IMG/VR virus record: IMGVR_UViG_3300005805_000350
Coordinates: 1-28,443 of that record
Length of the DNA: 28,443 bases
DNA from: a virus
Lineage: Duplodnaviria > Caudoviricetes
Reading direction: 5' to 3' (one strand)
Below, one piece after another: positions 1 through 6,202 of this stretch (within the stretch, counting starts at the first letter, position 1; every line of letters begins with the position of its first letter). The notes beneath the pieces were generated by a model. The model ran no database searches and had not been told where the DNA came from. It saw only the letters and a list, made by a program, of their open reading frames with translations. Both the position numbers and the translations under genes were made by a program.

Positions 1-62
1 GGGTTACGATCCCCGACCTCAGCCTTGACAGGGCCGTGTTCAGACCACTAAACTATGGCGGC
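1..62 (-). tRNA. tRNA-Asp(GTC), 3' end cut by window edge
   Basis: Minus: GCCGCCA TA GTTT AGTGGTCT GAAC; anticodon arm CGGCC-CTGTCAA-GGCTG; T-loop ATCGTAA. Confidence 0.85.
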
Positions 63-98
63 AGAATAAGTGCTGATAGCCGCGGCTATCAGCGGGGG

Positions 99-153
99 TT
101 TCGGGCTTTACCAATAAGCTACGACATTCCGAATCGAACGGAATTCTCCGAAA
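99..153 (-). ncRNA. Minimal permuted tRNA-elbow mimic (T arm then D arm, no acceptor stem)
   Basis: TTTCGG-AGAA-TTCCG TTCGATT CGGAA-TGTCG-TA-GCTT ATTGGTA AAGC-CCGAAA. Confidence 0.6.
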
Positions 154-155
154 TA

Positions 156-236
156 TGGTGGACCTACAGGGAATTAAACCCATGGGCGACTTGGATATCA
201 TCATTTCGAATAAGTCGCTGTAGTCATCTTCGGCCC
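156..236 (-). ncRNA. tmRNA-TLD-like / D-stemless Ala-identity RNA ending in ACCA
   Basis: GGGCCGA...TAGGTCC ACCA with G3:U70; no D stem; stem GCGACTT/AAGTCGC; degenerate T arm GGG TTTAATT CCC. Confidence 0.5.
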
Positions 237-244
237 ATTGTTCT

Positions 245-329
245 TGGTGGTTGACCAGGGATTCGAACCCCGTATGCCGGAGGCCACGGTTTTACAGACC
301 GCTGAAGTCGCCAATGCTTCTCGTCAACC
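245..329 (-). tRNA. tRNA-Tyr(GTA)
   Basis: GCGGT-CTGTAAA-ACCGT, long variable arm, GGTTCGAATCC, ACCA. Confidence 0.95.
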
Positions 330-336
330 TTAATAT

Positions 337-432
337 CATAATGAAACATACTGCCCAATCAGTCACAAGTGTAAGTTGGTCCCTTGCGGGTGTCCTTGAA
401 TGGTGGGTGTCGAACCCACATGTTTCATTATG
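337..432 (-). ncRNA. Terminal-stem RNA family member A (contains a T arm)
   Basis: 13-bp inverted repeat CATAATGAAACAT (337-349 / 420-432) enclosing GTGGG TTCGACA CCCAC and CCC-GCAA-GGG. Confidence 0.55.
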
Positions 433-515
433 GTGCCTCAGAAGGGAGTCGAACCCTTACGCCTTGCGGCGCCGGATTTTGAGTCCGGTGCGTCTGCCAG
501 TTCCGCCACCGAGGC
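431..515 (-). tRNA. tRNA-Leu(CAA)
   Basis: CCGGA-CTCAAAA-TCCGG, long variable arm, ACCA. Confidence 0.95.
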
Positions 516-522
516 AATTGTT

Positions 523-562
523 TGGAGCGGGCGAAGAGGTTCAAACTCTCAACAAACTCCGC
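523..562 (-). pseudogene. Gly-type tRNA minihelix/remnant (acceptor + T arm only)
   Basis: GCGG...GAGAG TTTGAAC CTCTT CGCCCGC T CCA; no D or anticodon arm. Confidence 0.45.
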
Positions 563-576
563 TGTTTGATGCACAA

Positions 577-667
577 CCATATTGAAACACACTCTATGCC
601 TAACATTGGCAGCGGCAGATTGCGTACTAGCTGGGTTTCACACTGACAAGAATATGTTTCATTATAG
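577..667 (-). ncRNA. Terminal-stem RNA family member B
   Basis: Minus arms TATAATGAAACATATT ... AGTGTGTTTCAATATGG. Confidence 0.55.
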
Positions 668-744
668 CCATATTGGAGCATACTAGCGGGAACTACCCTC
701 AAGAAAGGCATCGTGACCCTTTCAGATAATATGCTCCAATATGG
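668..744 (-). ncRNA. Terminal-stem RNA family member C
   Basis: Perfect 15-bp inverted repeat CCATATTGGAGCATA (668-682 / 730-744). Confidence 0.6.
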
Positions 745-765
745 TGCGTGATATTGCTACCACGC
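742..765 (-). ncRNA. CCA-ended microhelix
   Basis: GCGTGGTA-GCAA-TATCACGC-ACCA. Confidence 0.5.
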
Positions 766-782
766 TACCATATGTCCTGTGC

Positions 783-793
783 TGTTAAAGAAC
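783..793 (-). promoter_or_regulatory. boxA antitermination element
   Basis: GTTCTTTAACA vs rrn boxA TGCTCTTTAACA; three identical copies in 783-1290. Confidence 0.55.
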
Positions 794-812
794 CAATTCA
801 GCTCACTTGATA

Positions 813-833
813 TGGCACCCACCTGCGTGGGCG
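813..833 (-). ncRNA. CCA-ended microhelix
   Basis: GCCCAC-GCAG-GTGGGT-GCCA. Confidence 0.4.
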
Positions 834-842
834 CACATATTG

Positions 843-1040
843 TTAGGCCAGCTGGTAAGTGACGCGGATCTTAGCGCCGTTCCCCAGCTTTAGCGTGACT
901 GCGCAGCTACCATCCTTGCGAACACTGCGACGCTGACTTACAATCTCAACAGCTTGGTTTCGCGCAACATTGGTCACAATGCGGCGGCTGCGAAGCTGTT
1001 TGCTCAGCAGTTCAACCAGGGTTTGATTGGATTTAGCCAT
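843..1040 (-). CDS. Small basic hypothetical protein (65 aa)
   Basis: ATG preceded by AGGAG SD; downstream of sigma70 promoter and boxA. Confidence 0.75.
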   Translation of the reverse strand: MAKSNQTLVELLSKQLRSRRIVTNVARNQAVEIVSQRRSVRKDGSCAVTLKLGNGAKIRVTYQLA

Positions 1041-1091
1041 GCTTATTTCTCCTAGTAATATGGCAACATTGCCATATCAAGTGAGCCAAAT

Positions 1092-1102
1092 TGTTAAAGA
1101 AC
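1092..1102 (-). promoter_or_regulatory. boxA antitermination element
   Basis: CGTTCTTTAACA about 20 nt downstream of a -10 box. Confidence 0.7.
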
Positions 1103-1122
1103 GTTTACTAACTTATGCAGCT

Positions 1123-1151
1123 ATTATACTGCCATTGTTAATTAAAGTCAA
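1123..1151 (-). promoter_or_regulatory. sigma70-type promoter
   Basis: TTGACT-17 nt-TATAAT. Confidence 0.8.
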
Positions 1152-1156
1152 CCAAT

Positions 1157-1272
1157 CGCCATTCAACTGCACACTCACAGGACTTGAACCTGCCAACCTC
1201 GCTCCATACGGGGCGAAGCTAGATCCCACCTCTATCAGCGTGGCCTACGCCTTTGTGTGCATGTGGATAGCG
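1157..1272 (-). ncRNA. tRNA-like structured RNA without D arm or CCA
   Basis: TGCACAC/GTGTGCA stem, two internal hairpins, T arm GCAGG TTCAAGT CCTGT; own promoter and boxA. Confidence 0.55.
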
Positions 1273-1279
1273 ACTGGTT

Positions 1280-1290
1280 TGTTAAAGAAC
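1280..1290 (-). promoter_or_regulatory. boxA antitermination element
   Basis: CGTTCTTTAACA downstream of promoter 1309-1337. Confidence 0.7.
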
Positions 1291-1308
1291 GTTAACTGCA
1301 ATATCGTT

Positions 1309-1337
1309 ATATTAACAAAGATTGGGTTAAAAGTCAA
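1309..1337 (-). promoter_or_regulatory. sigma70-type promoter
   Basis: TTGACT-17 nt-TAATAT. Confidence 0.65.
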
Positions 1338-1357
1338 CTTACTTTTAGCACTGTAAG

Positions 1358-2140
1358 TCATTGATTTGTATAGCTTTTTATTGCAGATTCTAGTGCTGTA
1401 CGTACATCACGCATACCATAATAGGCAGGAATTACACAGGTTGACCTTGCCGCTGCTGTGGCCTTTACAAATTCATCCTGTTCAAACCATTCAGCATTTT
1501 CAATGCCTAACAGTTTAGCTATCTCATAATTGTTTATACTGCCTTGATTTACTAGGTTATATGCAGCATTTTCAACCCCAGCCTCTAATAGCTCACAGGC
1601 TACTCTTATGGCCTCATCATGGTCAGTCAAACTATTTTCTCCGCTGTGCGCTAACTTGCCACCAGCAGCATAACGTTTTAGTTTAGTTAAGAGGTTTTTG
1701 TTTTCCTCTTTGGCAGTGAAAGGCATTCTAATTCTAAATACCACACTGCGATTTTTTAAATAGCTGTCGCTAAGTCCTTTGCTGATACTATAGGTACTAC
1801 CAAAAAAGTTTGGTTCAGCATCCTCACTATCTATCACACCTTGATATATACATCCACTGCTAAAATGGGCTAACCGTTGTTGTAATTTATTACAGGCTTC
1901 ATATAACAAAATTGGAAATACACTGTTACCCATCATAGTAACTTCTTTTTGTTGTTCACAGGCATCAACATTTGGTACACCCGTAACTCCAGCACAGTTT
2001 ACTACCCAATCGTAAGTATTGTTAGCTATAGCATCAAAAACTTGTTGATGGCTCACTAGCTCAACCGTATGGTTACGTTGTTGTAATTGTTGAAATACCT
2101 TTTTACCGGTCCATCCTCTACCCACCACTAGTAATTTCAT
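1358..2140 (-). CDS. NAD(P)-dependent epimerase/reductase, RmlD-like (NDP-rhamnose synthesis)
   Basis: N-terminal GRGWTG Rossmann motif, NCAGVTGVPNVDACE, SSGCIY, YSISK (YxxxK). Confidence 0.85.
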   Translation of the reverse strand: MKLLVVGRGWTGKKVFQQLQQRNHTVELVSHQQVFDAIANNTYDWVVNCAGVTGVPNVDACEQQKEVTMMGNSVFPILLYEACNKLQQRLAHFSSGCIYQGVIDSEDAEPNFFGSTYSISKGLSDSYLKNRSVVFRIRMPFTAKEENKNLLTKLKRYAAGGKLAHSGENSLTDHDEAIRVACELLEAGVENAAYNLVNQGSINNYEIAKLLGIENAEWFEQDEFVKATAAARSTCVIPAYYGMRDVRTALESAIKSYTNQ

Positions 2141-2192
2141 TGTTTATCCTCTATATGGATATTTAAAGACTAAGGTTCTTGTACAAAAATAA

Positions 2193-2270
2193 TGGTGCAG
2201 GAAGTCTGAATTGAACAGACATATCCGGCTCTTCAGACCGGCGCAATAGGACCACCTCTGCCATTCCTGC
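2193..2270 (-). tRNA. tRNA-Phe(GAA)
   Basis: CCGGT-CTGAAGA-GCCGG; GCAGGAA/TTCCTGC ACCA. Confidence 0.9.
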
Positions 2271-2275
2271 ATTGC

Positions 2276-2390
2276 AGGCTCGCTGTTTACGTGCTAACCG
2301 TTACACTAAGTCCAGCGACCAACCTGGGTGCGGAGTCGAACCGCTCTCTCTTTTTCACAGTAAGAATAATAAGATTGCTGAAACGAGCCT
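2276..2390 (-). ncRNA. YrlA-like circularly permuted tRNA mimic, CAGCAA family
   Basis: AGGCTCG/CGAGCCT terminal stem, TTTCAGCAA, T arm GCGG TTCGACT CCGC, closed acceptor CCAG..CTGG, D arm TAGTGTAACGGTTAGCAC. Confidence 0.7.
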
Positions 2391-2403
2391 AAAGGTCTAT
2401 ACT

Positions 2404-2477
2404 TGGAGCGGGATAGGAGAATCGAACTCCTTTGACTAGCTTGGAAGGCTAGGACACAACCAATATGCCAATCCCGC
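2404..2477 (-). tRNA. tRNA-Gly(TCC)
   Basis: CTAGC-CTTCCAA-GCTAG; U73 CCA. Confidence 0.95.
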
Positions 2478-2483
2478 ATTGTT

Positions 2484-2561
2484 TGGTCCGAGTGGCAGGA
2501 TTCGAACCTGCGGCCTCCTGCTCCCAAAGCAGGCCGTCTAGCCAGACTGACATACACTCGG
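2484..2561 (-). tRNA. tRNA-Pro(TGG)
   Basis: CCTGC-TTTGGGA-GCAGG; C1:G72, ACCA. Confidence 0.95.
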
Positions 2562-2597
2562 ATAATACTATTTACACACTAACAATCAATGTGTAAA

Positions 2598-2626
2598 ATT
2601 ATAATGTCTCTGCATTATAATGTCAA
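2598..2626 (-). promoter_or_regulatory. sigma70 promoter (perfect consensus)
   Basis: TTGACA-17 nt-TATAAT. Confidence 0.85.
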
Positions 2627-2642
2627 CACTTTTTGAATAAAC

Positions 2643-2757
2643 AGGATGCATTCTCTTTGGGCGGCTGTCCTACCATTAGACTAAAGTCCTTGCGGACCTG
2701 TGGGAATCGAACCCACACTCGCTGCTTTTGGCAAGAAATATTTGCTGTAAGCATCCT
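2643..2757 (-). ncRNA. YrlA-like circularly permuted tRNA mimic, CAGCAA family
   Basis: AGGATGC/GCATCCT stem, TTACAGCAA, GTGGG TTCGATT CCCAC, AGGTCC-GCAA-GGACTT, TA GTCT AATGGTA GGAC. Confidence 0.8.
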
Positions 2758-2762
2758 AAAAC

Positions 2763-2835
2763 TGGTTGCGGTCGCCGGAGATGATCACGGTCCTTTAGGT
2801 TATGAGCCTAACGTGCGCCACTACACTACCCCGCA
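2763..2835 (-). tRNA. tRNA-Met(CAT), fMet-like, atypical or possibly degenerate
   Basis: TTAGG-CTCATAA-CCTAA; end CCGCAACCA; T-loop ATCATCT; mismatches in acceptor and T stems. Confidence 0.7.
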
Positions 2836-2844
2836 TTTGAAACT

Positions 2845-2920
2845 TGGTGGAGGATAACGGGATCGAACCGTTGACCTATAGCTTGCAAAGCTACCGCTCT
2901 CCCAGCTGAGCTAATCCCCC
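2845..2920 (-). tRNA. tRNA-Ala(TGC)
   Basis: GGGGGAT/ATCCTCC with G3:U70; loop TTTGCAA. Confidence 0.97.
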
Positions 2921-2928
2921 AAATCTTT

Positions 2929-3003
2929 TGGTGCCACGTGTCTGGATCGAACAGACGACCTATCGCTTACAAGGCGATTGCACTACCACTGTGCTAACAT
3001 GGC
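2929..3003 (-). tRNA. tRNA-Thr(TGT)
   Basis: ATCGC-CTTGTAA-GCGAT; ACCA. Confidence 0.95.
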
Positions 3004-3124
3004 ATATCCTTTACAGCGAGGGCAATTTCCGGAAAACTGCGCGGCTCACTGTTTCGTCCTCTAAAATATAACAAGGAGTTTACAACAATGTCAGGGGAGG
3101 ACTCTTCAGAAGGTACCCTGCATC
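3004..3124 (-). ncRNA. Type I hammerhead ribozyme
   Basis: CCTT-CTGAAGA-GTCCTC..GAGGAC-GAAA-CAGTGAG..CTCGCTG-TA-AAGG; complete catalytic core, GUA cleavage triplet at 3014-3012. Confidence 0.85.
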
Positions 3125-3133
3125 ACGTTTACT

Positions 3134-3162
3134 ACTATATAGTATTCCTTATTTCATGTCAA
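3134..3162 (-). promoter_or_regulatory. sigma70-type promoter
   Basis: TTGACA-17 nt-TATAGT, just upstream of the hammerhead. Confidence 0.75.
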
Positions 3163-3582
3163 CTATTTTTCATAACTCCAACCTAACTGTTGCATCAATT
3201 TCTTTTTAACACGTAAGTTAGGATTACGGAAGATACCAGGATCATCAAACCCTAACATTACAGCCACTTCAGTTACTGCACCGCTGCGACAGATGCCCGC
3301 TGTGCAATGTACCACAACATTCATTTGGTTGTGTTTTGCATGTTGCAGTAACTTCACTAACTCTGCGGCTTGTTGTTCAGTGATGCCATGTTCCTCAGCA
3401 CCCTCGTCCTTATCTTCAATATCAAGAAATTGAAAACGATGCACTTCGCAAAACTCTCTTTGAGTTTCAGGCCACCAGGGGCTCACCGTATCCGCTATTT
3501 GAATCAGCATGCTGTTAGCACCAGGATCTGGAAAATTGTTCTGTGCGACATCTATGGCCGCTACGTTTCTAATCCACATCAT
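3163..3582 (-). CDS. Cys-based (PTP/dual-specificity-like) phosphatase
   Basis: HCTAGICRS = HCx5R catalytic loop. Confidence 0.8.
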   Translation of the reverse strand: MMWIRNVAAIDVAQNNFPDPGANSMLIQIADTVSPWWPETQREFCEVHRFQFLDIEDKDEGAEEHGITEQQAAELVKLLQHAKHNQMNVVVHCTAGICRSGAVTEVAVMLGFDDPGIFRNPNLRVKKKLMQQLGWSYEK

Positions 3583-3591
3583 AGTTCCTTT

Positions 3592-3777
3592 TTATGTAAT
3601 ACTCTTTTTTATAACCCAACGAAATTCTAAATCGTAGGTTCTAAACGGCAATGCAATACGGCCTTCGCGTATAGCTCGGTGAAGCAGTTCATGCCTGCCC
3701 GCAGTGTTAGTAATTCCAATTAGTTCACCTCTGTAAATTACTTCACAGTCATATTTGTCTAACGGGCTATCACTCAT
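3592..3777 (-). CDS. Small hypothetical protein
   Basis: AGGAG SD; fills the gap between tRNA-Cys and the phosphatase. Confidence 0.7.
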   Translation of the reverse strand: MSDSPLDKYDCEVIYRGELIGITNTAGRHELLHRAIREGRIALPFRTYDLEFRWVIKKSIT

Positions 3778-3794
3778 ATTGCACTCCTTAAATT

Positions 3795-3880
3795 TGGAGG
3801 ATCAGGTAGGATTCTAACCTACGTGGGTATTAACCGTCCGCTTTGCAGGCGGATGCATTCGCACACTCTGCCACTGATCC
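3795..3880 (-). tRNA. tRNA-Cys(GCA) with long variable arm
   Basis: TCCGC-CTGCAAA-GCGGA; variable arm GGT-TAAT-ACC; U73; T-loop TTAGAAT. Confidence 0.85.
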
Positions 3881-3886
3881 AATGTT

Positions 3887-3978
3887 TGGCGGAGAGTATA
3901 GGATTCGAACCTATGCACCGGGTTTCCCCGGTGGACGGTTTAGCAAACCGCTGCCTTCAGCCACTCGGCCAACTCTCC
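3887..3978 (-). tRNA. tRNA-Ser(GCT)
   Basis: GCGGT-TTGCTAA-ACCGT; long variable arm; G73. Confidence 0.95.
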
Positions 3979-3985
3979 ATGTTCT

Positions 3986-4059
3986 TGGCTCCGGTGGACA
4001 GAATCGAACTGCCATCAAAAGTTTTGGAGACTTCTGTCTTACCATTAGACTACACCGGA
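3986..4059 (-). tRNA. tRNA-Trp(CCA)
   Basis: GAAGT-CTCCAAA-ACTTT; G73. Confidence 0.93.
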
Positions 4060-4670
4060 ATTATTTTTTTTACGCCACCTAAAACCCATCCTTGTGTTAA
4101 TAAATTTTGTATATCTTCAGGATGCGCCCATTTAGCCGTGATACCATTATTGATTAGTTTTTTATTTTTTTGTGTCAAAGATAGTTTTTGTTTTTGTTCA
4201 GCTGAAATAGTTTTTCCTAAATTGATCTGTCTGACATGTTTTTTGAATGTCTCTGGATCTTTTTTGGCCCAATTATTCGACGCTAATTTTTTCCTTGTTT
4301 CTTCGGTTGTCACCTGCTTCAATGCAGACTGACGTATCTTTTCTTTGGTTTCTTCAGAATGCTTTCTACCAGCAAATGCACCTATAATACCAGGATTTCC
4401 ACCAGATCCGCCAGGCTTTATATTATATGTATTTGCTGTTGTTATAAAATCTTCAGTAACTATCTCTGCTTCTTTAGCAAACATGTCTTTTTTATTAGTA
4501 AAGACAAATAGAATTTCTTTCTTGAAATTCTCAATTCCGTATTTTACTATAGCTCTTTTAAGATATTTTCCCGATCCCATGTAACCATCATTTATGTCTT
4601 TGGTTGCATGAGCACCTATATAAACTTTATTATCTAATAAATTTGTTATTTTGTAAATAAGATAGAACAT
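4050..4670 (-). CDS. GIY-YIG homing endonuclease (Seg-like) with NUMOD3 motifs
   Basis: [45 protein letters not shown]; stop codon lies within the tRNA-Trp 5' end. Confidence 0.9.
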   Translation of the reverse strand: MFYLIYKITNLLDNKVYIGAHATKDINDGYMGSGKYLKRAIVKYGIENFKKEILFVFTNKKDMFAKEAEIVTEDFITTANTYNIKPGGSGGNPGIIGAFAGRKHSEETKEKIRQSALKQVTTEETRKKLASNNWAKKDPETFKKHVRQINLGKTISAEQKQKLSLTQKNKKLINNGITAKWAHPEDIQNLLTQGWVLGGVKKIIPV

Positions 4671-4695
4671 ACTACCTCCTATACTTATTTATGCA

Positions 4696-4729
4696 AGACC
4701 GGTGCACCACCATTTATGCGTCTGGGCCT
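4696..4729 (-). pseudogene. Orphan 5' half of a tRNA (Trp-like)
   Basis: AGGCCCAGACGCATAAATGGTGGTGCACCGGTCT; GCACCGGTCT resembles the D/anticodon junction of enterobacterial tRNA-Trp as recalled. Confidence 0.45.
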
Positions 4730-4760
4730 TTATGTTTCTATTATACAGATTAGCGTATTT

Positions 4761-5087
4761 TTAGTCTACACTCATTTCACCAAAATCACGCACTACACCA
4801 GGAGCATCCCAGTATATGCAACACATTCTATTGGTGACCCATTGGTTAACCTTTTTATGTGCGCAGAAAAATGCGGTTTTAGCTGTGCCTTTGCCAGGCA
4901 ATGTTACCAAGTCGCTGATCTTGGCATTTTTGAGATCTTTCTTATCTTTAATCTTTAACCCACCGTTACTGTTTAATTCGCCGGGTTCTACTGCTCTAAC
5001 ATCAGCACCCTTTTTCCAACTACAGTTACCGCAGTTGGTTCCTACTACTTTGGGTGCTGCTTCATTAATAATTTGTATTATACGCAT
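4761..5087 (-). CDS. Cys-rich hypothetical protein, putative virion-internal
   Basis: MRIIQIINE N-terminus; CGNC..C..CC; TATAAATA at 5093-5100. Confidence 0.7.
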   Translation of the reverse strand: MRIIQIINEAAPKVVGTNCGNCSWKKGADVRAVEPGELNSNGGLKIKDKKDLKNAKISDLVTLPGKGTAKTAFFCAHKKVNQWVTNRMCCIYWDAPGVVRDFGEMSVD

Positions 5088-5092
5088 AACAT

Positions 5093-5100
5093 TATTTATA
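5093..5100 (-). promoter_or_regulatory. T4-type late promoter TATAAATA
   Basis: Exact match; NATAAATA variants also at 4686, 9257, 9838, 15176, 28408. Confidence 0.65.
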
Positions 5101-5110
5101 CAAATTAATT

Positions 5111-5189
5111 TGGCGACACGTATGGGATTCTAACCCATGATCTCCGCCGTGACAGGGCGGCGCATTAAGACAGGCTATGCTAACGTGCC
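5111..5189 (-). tRNA. tRNA-Asp(GTC)
   Basis: CCGCC-CTGTCAC-GGCGG; G73; T-loop TTAGAAT. Confidence 0.92.
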
Positions 5190-5196
5190 ATTGTTT

Positions 5197-5275
5197 TGGC
5201 TCCGCATCTGGGAATCGAACCCAGCTAGTCATTGATTAACAGTCAAGTCCGTGCACCATGCTCGGATTCTGCGGA
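5197..5275 (-). tRNA. tRNA-Asn(GTT)
   Basis: TTGA-CTGTTAA-TCAA; TCCGCA/TGCGGA G CCA. Confidence 0.88.
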
Positions 5276-5283
5276 ATTGTCTT

Positions 5284-5357
5284 TGGTGCTCCCAGCCGGT
5301 AACGATCCGACGTCTCAGCTTTACCAAAGCCGTGTAATACCTTTATACTATGGGAGC
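5284..5357 (-). tRNA. tRNA-Thr(GGT)
   Basis: CGGCT-TTGGTAA-AGCTG; T-loop ATCGTTA. Confidence 0.88.
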
Positions 5358-5369
5358 GAAATTAAATTA

Positions 5370-6077
5370 TTAACCAACCCAACGAGCATAAAGCCCGTTG
5401 TCGGTACCACCCTCTTCAGGATGTTTGGCACTGTAAATTTGTATGCCTTGAATTAAAGATTTTAATTCTTGGCTCTTACCAGCACCTGATACTGGAACAC
5501 TTATCGTAATCCTACCACCTTTACGACCCAACACTTCTGCATCACCCTTCTTCAACAGCCGTATTAATCTTGCTGCATCAGGGTCATCAACATCAGGGTA
5601 TGCTTGCCAATCTGAACTGTATATTGATACATATCCTGATACTTCTACGCCGGGAATCCGATGTAAATTGGTCCACAAGCGTATAGCTTCTGGTGTTTGC
5701 GATTCATCTGCTACCACTGTAAGACCTAAAATCTTTGTGGCAATAATATATAACAATTGACCCAGACCCTGTCCACGATAGTTACTATCCAATACTACAT
5801 TGGCCACCATCACTGCTCTGGGCAATGGAAATGGGGTAGGACGCACAGCTAGATAACCCACTGCTTGAATTTTTTGCGGATTCTTAATATCAAACAGGTA
5901 TATAGCTTTGGATGATCCAGTAAATGGTGATTGATAGGAACTAAACGTGTATCCATACTGTTTATTACCAGGAACAGGTTTAATAGTTTTACGTTCAGCG
6001 GCACTGATCTTCTCTTGAGAGAAGTCTACAGATCCTTTATCACCGCGTTGACGCTGTATTTCAGATATTCGCATCAA
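5370..6077 (-). CDS. GNAT-fold acetyltransferase-like protein
   Basis: VVLDSNYRGQGLGQLLY acetyl-CoA binding motif A; AIRLW motif-B-like segment. Confidence 0.65.
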   Translation of the reverse strand: MMRISEIQRQRGDKGSVDFSQEKISAAERKTIKPVPGNKQYGYTFSSYQSPFTGSSKAIYLFDIKNPQKIQAVGYLAVRPTPFPLPRAVMVANVVLDSNYRGQGLGQLLYIIATKILGLTVVADESQTPEAIRLWTNLHRIPGVEVSGYVSIYSSDWQAYPDVDDPDAARLIRLLKKGDAEVLGRKGGRITISVPVSGAGKSQELKSLIQGIQIYSAKHPEEGGTDNGLYARWVG

Positions 6078-6101
6078 GTATTTATTTTACTTTAATACTT
6101 T

Positions 6102-6192
6102 TGGCGGAGAATAAAGGAATCGAACCCTCAGCCCTACTAAGGTGCTGGCCGGGTTTTCGAGACCCGTTGCCCACCATTGGGCGCTATTCTCC
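6102..6192 (-). tRNA. tRNA-Ser(CGA)
   Basis: CGGGT-CTCGAAA-ACCCG; long variable arm; G73. Confidence 0.92.
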
Positions 6193-6202
6193 CTAAATTA
6201 AA

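Noticed and set aside
36-646. Plus-strand ORFs 36-254, 251-646 and 400-585, and similar ORFs at 1027, 2306, 2633, 3823, 5232, 6137, 7561, 8692, 9332
   Set aside because: Shadows of tRNA/ncRNA genes (RRESNP, GFEP-type translations); no SD or protein motifs.
337-744. CRISPR array (ATTGAAAC / GTTTCA-like ends)
   Set aside because: Units are inverted pairs with variable sequence and spacing, not identical direct repeats; no cas genes in the window.
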